Shown here piece by piece: positions 56,297-64,000 of a DNA stretch of 64,000 nucleotides. The stretch covers positions 11,140-75,139 of the forward strand of contig CAVWPR010000018.1 in NCBI GenBank assembly GCA_963756815.1, given 5' to 3'. The DNA is from an uncultured Acidimicrobiia bacterium (GTDB lineage Bacteria > Actinomycetota > Acidimicrobiia > IMCC26256 > JAENVU01). Every line of letters begins with the position of its first letter. Position 1 is the first letter of the stretch. The position numbers and the translations under genes were made by a program. Under the pieces are notes generated by a model that did no database searches, was not told the origin of the DNA, and saw only the letters and a program-made list of their open reading frames with translations.

Positions 56297-57450
56297 ATGA
56301 CCGGGGCCTCCGGGCCGGCGCGCCGGTTCCTGCTCACGCTGCACGACGCCGGCGGCACGGTGCCGCCGATGATCGCGATCACGCAGGCGCTGCGACGCGC
56401 GGGGCACGACGTCGTCGTGCTCGCACAACCGTCGGTGCGATCCCGCGCCGTCGCGGCCGGCGCGACGTTCGTGCCGTTCACCGCGTTGGGCGACTACGAC
56501 CGCCGCGTTCCCCTCGAGGAGCAGATCGACCTGATCGTGCCTGCGCTCACGGGGCTGCAGGTGGCCGAGGACCTGCTGGCCGTCGCCCGCGACCACGACG
56601 TCGACGTCACGCTCACCGACGCGAACCTCGCCGGTGCGCTCGCGGCGGCGGAGTCGCTCGACCGACCGTCGGCCGTGATGCTGCACAGCGTGTACCGCAC
56701 GTTCGTCGACACCTGGATGGGCGAGGTCTGGCCGCTGCTCGGCGACCTCGTGAACGCAACGCGCACCGAGTTCGGACTGGCGCCGGCCGGTCGGTGGCCG
56801 GATCTCTTCCGTGCCCATGACCGGCTGATCCCGGTGGTGCCGGCGGCGTTCGACGCTCCGACCGAGGCCCCGCCGGCACCGCTCGACCACTACGGCTTCC
56901 TCGTCCCCGCGCCGGCGCAGGGCGACCGAGTGCGCTTCCCGGACGGCGACGGCCCGAAGGTGTTGGTCGGTCTCAGCACGACCTTCATGGACCAGGCCGT
57001 CACTGCTCGCGTCGATCGTGGACGCGCTCGGCACGATCGACGCGCGTGGGATCGTCACGACCGGGTCGGTCGTCGACCCGGCGTCGATCGCCGCACCCGC
57101 CGGCGTGGTCGTGACCGACTGGGTCGATCACGCGGCGCTGCTCGCCCAGGCGGACGTGATGGTCACCCACGCCGGGATGGCGAGCGTCGCCGGTGCGCTC
57201 CAGGCCGGCGTGCCGCTCGTGTGCACACCGATCGCGCGGGATCAGCCGCTCAACGCCGAGCGGGTGGAACACCTCGGTGCAGGCGTCGCGGCTCGCGTCC
57301 GGCGCGTCGGTGGCCGAGGTCGCGAGCGCGGTCGAGCGCGTGGCGTCGGCGCCGCGCTTCCGCGCCGCGGCGCGCACCATCGCGGCCACCAGTGCGGCCG
57401 AGGGTGGGCCCACGGCCGCGGCAGCCGCGCTCGTCACCCTCACCCGCTGA
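56297..57450 (+). pseudogene. Glycosyltransferase, MGT/UDP-glycosyltransferase family (GT1), two frame breaks (about 57000 and about 57290)
   Basis: The N-terminus is RFLLTLHDAGGTVPPMIAITQALRRAGHDVVVL. The C-terminal donor-binding part is in the next frame (VVTDWVDHAALLAQADVMVTHAGMASVAGALQAGVPLVCTPIARDQPLNA). The final helix is in the third frame. Confidence 0.75.
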
Positions 57451-57452
57451 CG

Positions 57453-58292
57453 TCAGGCGCCGGTCTGGTCGCGGCCACGCGCCATGATCCCGGCGCGGCG
57501 CTTCTCGATCTCGGCGGGGTCGAAGCCCGAGCCCTCCCACGAGCGCGAGACGCGATCCTCGATCACCCACGCCTCGCCGACGGTCGTGAGGCTGCTCTCG
57601 TCGTAGGTCGACAGCATGCGGCGCACCGCGAGCTGGTCGATCGTCCGACAGTCGGCTGCGATCTGCCGGCAGTACCCCAGGAGCTCGTCGTGGGGCACGA
57701 CGTGGTTGACCAGGCCCCACTCGTAGGCCTGCTGCGCGTCGATGAAGTTCCCGGTCACGCTCATCTCGCGGGCCCGGGCGACGCCGATCCGCTGGGCGAG
57801 GAGCACGGTGAGCCCCCAGCCCGGCATGACGCCGACCCGGGCGTGGGTGTCGGCGAACCGGGCGCGCTCGGACGCGATCAGGAAGTCGCAACCGAGCGCG
57901 AGCTCGAACCCGCCGGTGACCGCGACGCCGTTGACCGCGCCGATCAGGAGCTTGGTACGGGGTGGGAGCGCGCCCCGCCAGGGAAGGCGCCCGTCGGCGT
58001 CGCGCCCACCCATGTCCATGTCCGCGAGCGCCGGCTCGGCCGGACCCGAGCGCAGGTCGTCGCCGGCGGTGGCACCGGCGCCGATCTCCTTGAGGTCGAC
58101 CCCGGCCGAGAAGGCGGGATCCGCTCCGGTGAGGATCATCACGTCGACCGCGTCGTCGGCCTCGCACGTCTCGATCGCCGTCGGGAGCGCCCTTCGCACT
58201 GCGCGGTTCAGCGCGTTGCGCGCCTCGGGCCGGTTGATCGTGATGGTCGCGACTCCGTCGGCGACGTCGACCAGCACCGTGTCATCACTCAT
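57453..58292 (-). CDS. Enoyl-CoA hydratase/isomerase family protein
   Basis: ATG 58292. Motifs are ATITINRPEARNALN, LTGADPAFSAGVDLKE and AVNGVAVTGGFELALGCD. It is the C-terminal 279 aa of track ORF 57453..58964. Confidence 0.85.
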   Translation of the reverse strand: MSDDTVLVDVADGVATITINRPEARNALNRAVRRALPTAIETCEADDAVDVMILTGADPAFSAGVDLKEIGAGATAGDDLRSGPAEPALADMDMGGRDADGRLPWRGALPPRTKLLIGAVNGVAVTGGFELALGCDFLIASERARFADTHARVGVMPGWGLTVLLAQRIGVARAREMSVTGNFIDAQQAYEWGLVNHVVPHDELLGYCRQIAADCRTIDQLAVRRMLSTYDESSLTTVGEAWVIEDRVSRSWEGSGFDPAEIEKRRAGIMARGRDQTGA

Positions 58293-58343
58293 CTGCTCCG
58301 CTCTTCCCCGAGGCCGTTCGGCCGCGCGTCGTACTCTGCCACG

Positions 58344-59147
58344 ATGATCCAGGACCGGTTCGACCTCACCGACCGCGTCGCCATCGTCACCGGCGCGGGC
58401 AAGGGCATCGGCGCAGGGTGTGCGATCGCGTTGGCCGAGGCCGGGGCCGACGTCGTACTCGCGGCCCGCACGCAGTCGGACCTCGACGCCGTGGCCGAAC
58501 CGATCCGCGCGGCCGGACGGCGGGCGGTGGCGATCGCGACCGACGTCACCGACGCGGATCAGCTCGCTGCGCTCGTCGGGCGCGCCCACGACGAGCTCGG
58601 TCGGATCGACGTGCTCGTCAACAATGCCGGCGGCTGGGACCCGCGGCCGATCATGGGCACGAGCCCGCGCAACCTGGAGGCGGCCTTCCGGTTCAACGTG
58701 CTGGCCGCGTTCACCCTGACCCAGCTCTGCGTCCCGCACATGGTCGAGACGGGCGCCGGCAGCGTCGTCAACATCTCGTCGCGCGCCGCGAGCATGGTGC
58801 AGCCGTGCTTCGTCGCGTACGCGACCGCCAAGGCCGCGCTCTCGATGATGACGCGGGCGATGGCGCCCGAGCTCGCGCCGATCGTGCGGGTGAACGCGAT
58901 CGAGGTGGGCGGTGTCGAGACGGCCGCGCTCGCGCACGTGCTCACCGACGACTCCGTCCGCCATCGCCTCGAGTCGAACACGCCGATGCAGCGCGTCGGT
59001 CAGCCCGAGGACATCGCCGCCGCCGTCCTGTACCTCGCGTCCGACGCGGCGAGCTGGGTGACCGGCAAGGTGTTCGAGGTCGACGGCGGCGTCGAGTCAC
59101 CGGCGTTCACCATCCCGTTCGCGCCGCTCGGAGGCTCCACCACCTGA
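58344..59147 (+). CDS. SDR-family oxidoreductase (FabG-like)
   Basis: Motifs are TGAGKGIG, NNAG and YATAKAAL (YxxxK). The gene lies within track ORF 57018..59147. Confidence 0.9.
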   Translation: MIQDRFDLTDRVAIVTGAGKGIGAGCAIALAEAGADVVLAARTQSDLDAVAEPIRAAGRRAVAIATDVTDADQLAALVGRAHDELGRIDVLVNNAGGWDPRPIMGTSPRNLEAAFRFNVLAAFTLTQLCVPHMVETGAGSVVNISSRAASMVQPCFVAYATAKAALSMMTRAMAPELAPIVRVNAIEVGGVETAALAHVLTDDSVRHRLESNTPMQRVGQPEDIAAAVLYLASDAASWVTGKVFEVDGGVESPAFTIPFAPLGGSTT

Positions 59148-59194
59148 GTCCGGCCCCGGCGTACCGTGATGCGTCCGTTGGGAGGGGAGCCGGA

Positions 59195-59897
59195 GTGCCG
59201 AGGAGAAGACAGCGCGCGCTCGATCTCGCCGTGCTCCAGGCCGAGACTGCGCAGCTCCAGGTCGAGGCGCTGCGCGCCGAGCTCACCGGGCTCCACCAGG
59301 AGCTCGCCCGTCGCGACGTCGAGCTCATCAGCGCGCTCAGCCGCATGTCGGCGGTCACCGACCGGCTCCGACTCCAGACCGAGCAGGATCGCGACGACCA
59401 CCGCCGGCTGACCCGGGCGATCGAGCTGCTGACGATGTTCATCGCGTCACCGCCACCGGCGCTGGCGGCGGCCGGCACGACCACCGGATCGGCCCCGAAC
59501 GCCTCGACGATGCCCGACCGGTTCACCGAGGTCGCCGTGCCCGATGCCGCGTCGAGCGCCGGAACCGTCATCGGCGGCAGCATCGATCCGTCGCGGTTCG
59601 CATCCGGCGCCGACGCCGCCGTCGATGTCGGGCCGGCACGCGACATCGACCTCACGGCCGACCTGCTCGCCGATCTGCCGGTCGCGCCGGCCTCACTCGA
59701 GGAGCGCCCGTTGCAGTGCGAGGTGCACCTGCGGTTCGGCGACCGGTGGATCGACGGCTTCCAGATCGAGGAGACCGTGCGCGACGGCGGCTCAGACGCG
59801 GTTCCGGCTGCGACGACGCGTCGACGGCTGGGTGCTGCCGGAGCTCTTCGACGAGCACGAGGTCCGGGTCTTCACCCAGCCGGTCGTCGACACCTGA
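59195..59897 (+). pseudogene. Hypothetical coiled-coil protein with small C-terminal beta-rich domain, frame break near 59795
   Basis: GTG 59195 lies after GGGAGG. There is a heptad-like N-terminus (LDLAVLQAETAQLQVEALRAELTGLHQELARRDVELISAL), a low-complexity linker, then QCEVHLRFGDRWIDGFQIEETV. The last part RFRLRRRVDGWVLPELFDEHEVRVF is in another frame. Confidence 0.4.
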
Positions 59898-59989
59898 TCG
59901 GCGGCTCCGCTCGCACCTCTGCGCGATCGCCGGACGAGGGCTCATCCCGACAGCGCGATCCGCTCGACGCATCCGAGCGGAGGCGCCGA

Positions 59990-61030
59990 TCAGGACGCCC
60001 GGCCGGCCATGAGTGGCAGGTCCAGGTAGGTCGCGATCCCCGGATCGGCGGCGCACACGTAGGGCACCGCGTTCACGCAGTGCATCGCGGGCGCGGTGAG
60101 CCCGATCTCGGGATGCTCACCCACCACCGGCGGGTGCAGGCCGTGCACCACCACCGACACCGGCGGCTCCGCGGTGATCGCCGCCTCGAACCGCTGGCCG
60201 TCGGCTCCGAACGACCAGGCCGGGTCGAGATGCTCCTCCCCCATGAGCCAGTTCACGCGCACGGTGATCACCGGCTCGCCGCCGACCAACCCCTCCCAGG
60301 TGAACCGTTGCGCAGCGACCGTGCCCTGCTCGATCACGCCGACGGGCGTGTCCAGGTCCTGCGTCGCAACCGCCATCTCGTGCGTGGTGCGCTTCTGCGC
60401 GTCGAGGACCCAGCCGAGCTCGTCGGCGATCATGTCGATCGACTCGCAGAAGCCGAGGCCGAGGATCGTGGGCATCGGGCTCGTCCGCGCGGCTTCGGGC
60501 GGGGTCCCGAACATCATGACGTCACGCACGACCGAGGCGGTCGGGTAGTTGCGGATGTCGGAGAACTCCTCGGCGCGAACATGGCAGATGTCGCGACACC
60601 AGGACGACAGCAGCAGCGGCAGCCGCTCGGTGATGCCACCCGGGTTGATGCCGGTGCCGTGCAACGTCGCGTTGCCCCGCCGCGCCGCATCCTCGATCGC
60701 CGCGATCTTGGGCGACTCCCCCGGATAGATCCACCCGACCGGCGTCACGACGTTCAGTCCCGACTCGAGCAGCCTGATCACGGTCGTCGTGCTCGCGAGC
60801 ACCGGTGCGTAGACCACACAGTCGGCGTCGAGCGCGAGCAACGCGTCGACGTCGTTCGTCGCGGTGACGCCGATCGGATCGAGACCACACAGCTCGCCGG
60901 CGTCGCGGCCGACCTTGTCCTCGCTGTGCACCCAGACGCCCACGAGCTCGAGCTCGGGATGGGCGAGCACGCCGCGAATCGCCTCCTGCCCGACCATTCC
61001 AGTCGCCCACTGGATGACCCGATACTTCAT
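59990..61030 (-). CDS. NAD(P)-binding DapB-like oxidoreductase (dihydrodipicolinate-reductase / amine-dehydrogenase-like family)
   Basis: ATG 61030. The Rossmann N-terminus is MKYRVIQWATGMVGQEAIRGVL. The ORF is intact at 346 aa. Confidence 0.7.
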   Translation of the reverse strand: MKYRVIQWATGMVGQEAIRGVLAHPELELVGVWVHSEDKVGRDAGELCGLDPIGVTATNDVDALLALDADCVVYAPVLASTTTVIRLLESGLNVVTPVGWIYPGESPKIAAIEDAARRGNATLHGTGINPGGITERLPLLLSSWCRDICHVRAEEFSDIRNYPTASVVRDVMMFGTPPEAARTSPMPTILGLGFCESIDMIADELGWVLDAQKRTTHEMAVATQDLDTPVGVIEQGTVAAQRFTWEGLVGGEPVITVRVNWLMGEEHLDPAWSFGADGQRFEAAITAEPPVSVVVHGLHPPVVGEHPEIGLTAPAMHCVNAVPYVCAADPGIATYLDLPLMAGRAS

Positions 61031-61163
61031 GGTCCCCCCAAACGAATGCGTCGAGCGCACAGTAGGTTCTCGGGCACCAACCGAGCCGGAGCTTGCGGAG
61101 GCGAGCCGCGACGCAGCGAGCCCCGTCCGGCAAGCGCGCAGAGGCGCGAGCGGAGTCGCCGAT

Positions 61164-62911
61164 ATGCACGAGCTGGTGATCCGGAACGGCACCGTGGTCG
61201 ATGGCACCGGCGCGCCGGCGTTCGTGGGCGACGTCGCGGTGGACGACGGCGTGATCACCGAGGTCGGGCACCGTCGACGAGCGCGGGACACGCGAGATCG
61301 ACGCCGACGGCGCGATCGTCACCCCCGGCTTCGTCGACATCCACACCCACTTCGACGGCCAGGTCACGTGGGACCCGATCGTGGCGCCGTCGTCGCTGCA
61401 CGGCGTCACGACGATCGCGATGGGCAACTGCGGCGTGGGCTTCGCACCCGCACGGGCTGATCGCCACGACTGGCTCATCGGGCTGCTCGAGGGCGTGGAG
61501 GACATCCCGGGCACCGCGTTGGCGGAGGGGCTCACGTGGGAGTGGGAGTCCTTCCCCGAGTACCTCGACGCGGTCGACGCGACGCCGCACACGGTCGACA
61601 TGGGTGCGCACCTCCCCCACGCCGCGCTGCGCACCTACGTGATGGGCGAACGCGGCGCCGATCACACCGAGGCCCCGACCGACGGCGAGCTCGATCAGCT
61701 CTCGCGTCTCGTCGGTGAAGGCCTCGCTGCCGGTGCCCTCGGTTTCGCGACGAGCCGGACCGACGTGCACCGCACGAAGGACGGCACCAACATCGGCACC
61801 CTCACCGCGACCGAGCGCGAGCTGCTCACCGTCGCCGACACGATGCGTGTCGCGGGCGCAGGGGTCACGCAGCTGATCTCGGACTGCTACCAGACACCCG
61901 ACGACGACTTCGCGAACCGCGAGCTCGACGTCATCGCCGCGTTCGCACGCGCGTCGGGCCGCCCGCTGAGCTTCACCGTGCAGCAGGCGTACCACTCACC
62001 CGAGCGGTGGCGGCACCTGTTCGCGCGCGTCGCGGAGCTCCGCAGCGAGGGGCTCGACGTCAAGCCGCAGGTCGCGACGCGCCCGATCGGCGTCCTGCTC
62101 GGCCTCGACGCAACCGCGAACCCGTTCCTCTTCACCGCGTCGTTCCAGGAGGTCGCCGAGCTCCCGCACGCGGAGCGTGTCGCCGCACTGCGCGACCCCG
62201 AGCGCAGCCGCCGGATCCTCGAGGAGCACGCGGCGATGGTCGCCGCACTCCCGGACGGGCTGTTCCGCCAGATCGTCGCGGGCTGGGACGTGATGTTCCC
62301 GCTCGCTGATCCGGTCGACTACGAGCTCGACGCGTCGCGAAGCATCGGAGCGCACGCACGGGCGACGGGTACCGATCCGGCGCGGCTGGTCCTCGACTCG
62401 CTCCTCGAACGCGACGGACATCAGCTCCTCTACCTGCCGCTGTTCAACTTCGCCCACGGCAACTTCGACGACATCCACGAGATGATCACCACGCCGTTCG
62501 CGCTGTTCGGCCTGTCGGACGCCGGCGCCCATTGCGGCGCGATCTGTGACGCGTCGATGCCGACGAGCTCGATCGTGCTGTGGGCACGCGACCGCGCCGG
62601 CGGTGACACCCTGCCCGTCGAGCAGGTCGTGCACATGCAGACCCAGCGCACCGCCGCCCACGTCGGCTGGCTCGACCGGGGTGTGCTGGCTCCGGGGTAC
62701 GTGGGTGACGTGAACGTCATCGACCTCGATGCCCTGAATTGCCGCGCTCCGACCATCGTGCACGATCTGCCGGCCGGCGGTCGCCGGCTGATGCAGACCG
62801 CCGACGGCTACCGCTTCACGGTGAAATCGGGCGCGATCACGTTCGCGGACGGCGTGCACACCGGCGAGTTGCCCGGCCGGCTCGTCCGCGGCGCCCGCCC
62901 CGCCGCCCTGA
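61164..62911 (+). pseudogene. N-acyl-D-amino-acid deacylase-type amidohydrolase, frame break near 61265 and probably a second near 62900
   Basis: MHELVIRNGTVVDGTG..VAVDDGVITEVG is followed in the next frame by REIDADGAIVTPGFVDIHTHFDGQ..MGNCGVGFAP. The frame then has no stop until 63555 and overlaps the next gene. A TGA at 62909 in the adjacent frame is the likely true end. Confidence 0.8.
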
Positions 62912-62983
62912 CGCTCTCCGCTCAAGACCTTCCGGGCGCGGCCCGATACCTGGGTCCGAGGCACTACCTGGGAGGTAGCAACC

Positions 62984-63439
62984 ATGCGACGCACGATCGC
63001 GTTCGCCCTCGTGGGCGGACTGGCACTGACGGCATGCGGCGGGACGTCCTCGGACGCCGGCAGCGCGTCGCTCTCCGCGAAGCGCGCCGCGAGCAAGCAG
63101 GTCGCGACGACGTCGTCGACCACGCCGTTCGTCGACGGGACGGCCCACACGCCCGGCACGCTCGCCCACTACGAGGGCGCGCGCTCGGACGTGCACGACA
63201 CCACGTGCGCCGCCGACGGCAACGCGTGGACCGCGCACGGCAAGGTCACGAACAGCGCGTCGTCGACCGCGCGCTACCGCATCTACGTGTCGTTCCTGCA
63301 CGGCGACACGACCGTCGGCATCGCCGAGGCCGCAGCCGGCCCGGTGAAGCCCGGCGCCACCGCCGGCTGGGACGCGAAGGTGAAGGTCCACGCCGGCGGA
63401 CTGCGGTGCATCCTGCGCGTCGAGCGCGACGTCGCCTGA
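62984..63439 (+). CDS. Small lipoprotein (beta-sandwich-like, FxLYD/DUF4352-like appearance)
   Basis: GGGAGG lies 8 nt upstream of the ATG. The lipobox is ALVGGLALTAC. Other sequence is GKVTNSASSTARYRIYVSFLHGDTTVG..VKPGATAGW. The family guess is unverified. Confidence 0.6.
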   Translation: MRRTIAFALVGGLALTACGGTSSDAGSASLSAKRAASKQVATTSSTTPFVDGTAHTPGTLAHYEGARSDVHDTTCAADGNAWTAHGKVTNSASSTARYRIYVSFLHGDTTVGIAEAAAGPVKPGATAGWDAKVKVHAGGLRCILRVERDVA

Positions 63440-63477
63440 CGCGACCCCGTTCGTCCCGTTCGGGACACGATCACCGT

Positions 63478-63509
63478 CGACCGGCGGCCCGCGTGCGGGC
63501 CGCCGGTCG
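63478..63509 (+). terminator. GC-rich hairpin after the lipoprotein gene
   Basis: CGACCGGCGGCCCGC-GT-GCGGGCCGCCGGTCG has perfect 15 nt arms, of which the innermost pairs must open to form the loop. It lies 39 nt after the stop and is followed by TTGCG. Confidence 0.5.
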
Positions 63510-63546
63510 TTGCGCGTCCCGAACCGTCGCACGAGTCGGTGAGAAT

Positions 63547-63586
63547 CTCGACTGATGATCTGAAAAAGATCATCAGGTGAGTCGAC
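63547..63586. promoter_or_regulatory. AT-rich perfect palindrome (candidate operator) upstream of the glycine-rich protein gene
   Basis: CTGATGATCT-gaaaa-AGATCATCAG lies at 63552-63576, flanked by TCGA (63548-63551) and GTCGAC (63581-63586). It ends about 30 nt before the GTG at 63609. Confidence 0.4.
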
Positions 63587-63608
63587 ACGACGTGCCGACA
63601 GGTGCGAC

Positions 63609-64000
63609 GTGAACGGACGAACCTCTTCCTCCCGTCGCGTCGGCCGCAAGCTGCGCATCATCCTCCAGCTGGTCGCGGTGCTCGCCATCGCGCTGCCCGC
63701 CGTCGACGGCTCCATCGGTGTCGGCGTCGAGCGTGCGAGTGCCGACCCGGCGCCGGCGGCGACCGCGGTGACGAAGAACACCGCCGGTGCGCTGCCCGCG
63801 GGGACGGTGCCCGACGGCACCTGCTTCGCGACCGTGAGCGCGACCGGTGGTGGCGGCGCGAGCTCGTCCGCGGCCGCCGGCACCTCAGGCGTCGGCGGTG
63901 CGGGTGCGACCATCGGCGCGACCTTCCGCGTGGTGCCGGGCCAGAGCTACGGAGGCACCGTGGGCGCGGGTGCGCCGGCACCGACCTCCGGCTCGGGCGC
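63609..64000 (+). CDS. Secreted glycine-rich-domain protein (3' end outside the window)
   Basis: GTG 63609. The signal-like segment is RKLRIILQLVAVLAIALPAVDG. It is followed by FATVSATGGGGASSSAAAGTSGVGGAGATIGATFRVVPGQSYGGTVGAG. The frame is open to the window end and is not listed in the ORF track because it has no stop. Confidence 0.5.
   Translation, partial: MNGRTSSSRRVGRKLRIILQLVAVLAIALPAVDGSIGVGVERASADPAPAATAVTKNTAGALPAGTVPDGTCFATVSATGGGGASSSAAAGTSGVGGAGATIGATFRVVPGQSYGGTVGAGAPAPTSGSG

Noticed and set aside
58418-61642. 1074 aa plus-strand ORF as one giant protein
   Set aside because: It is a composite read-through. Only about 59195-59800 is protein-like (the coiled-coil gene). The rest is out of frame over the SDR gene or antisense to the DapB-like gene at 59990..61030.
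1084-62911. Programmed ribosomal frameshifting as an explanation for the split genes
   Set aside because: There are too many sites (about 35), in unrelated gene families and of both signs. I saw no shared slippery heptamer or downstream structure at the junctions I read.
62912-63555. C-terminal 215 codons or so of ORF 61381..63555 as part of the amidohydrolase
   Set aside because: The sequence turns Arg-rich and non-protein-like after ..GRLVRGARPA. It overlaps a well-formed lipoprotein gene (RBS, lipobox) in another frame. A TGA in the adjacent frame at 62909 fits a lost stop caused by an indel.

Overview
This 64 kb window looks like a high-GC (roughly 70% by eye) chromosomal segment of Actinomycetota type. 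Genes are densely packed on both strands. I support about 65 protein-coding genes. I found no rRNA, tRNA, CRISPR array, transposase, integrase or phage genes.

Content is mostly regulators (TetR x2, PadR, a SARP/AfsR-type regulator, a cNMP-binding protein), three ABC systems and many small detoxification or modification enzymes (GNATs, SAM methyltransferases, VOC, SRPBCC). There are also lipid and acyl-CoA enzymes and an Ada/AlkA-Ogt alkylation-repair pair.

The most distinctive block is 36.1-47.0 kb. It holds a conservon-type signalling operon: a cvnA-like NIT/HAMP histidine-kinase-like sensor, a cvnB-like roadblock/LC7 protein, a cvnC-like DUF742 protein and a cvnD-like small GTPase. This operon is directly preceded by a type-I (Leu/Ile/Val-type) solute-binding lipoprotein. 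It is followed by a paralogous binding lipoprotein and a Liv-type ABC importer with a fused LivH-LivM permease.

Other notable items:
- an internally duplicated pentapeptide-repeat lipoprotein
- an in-frame nitrilase-LLM fusion ORF
- a Ser/Thr-rich anchored mini-protein
- a perfect 26 bp TetR-type operator
- a tightly coupled nine-gene minus-strand array at 26.5-35.9 kb

A striking technical or biological feature is that about 35 reading-frame breaks are concentrated in about 22 genes, while about 30 kb of other genes is unbroken. I call the broken genes pseudogenes as the sequence stands, but assembly indels are an equally good explanation.

All functional calls come from motif and family recognition by eye. 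No database search was run. Many long ORFs in the supplied track are alternative-frame or antisense artefacts of the high GC content.
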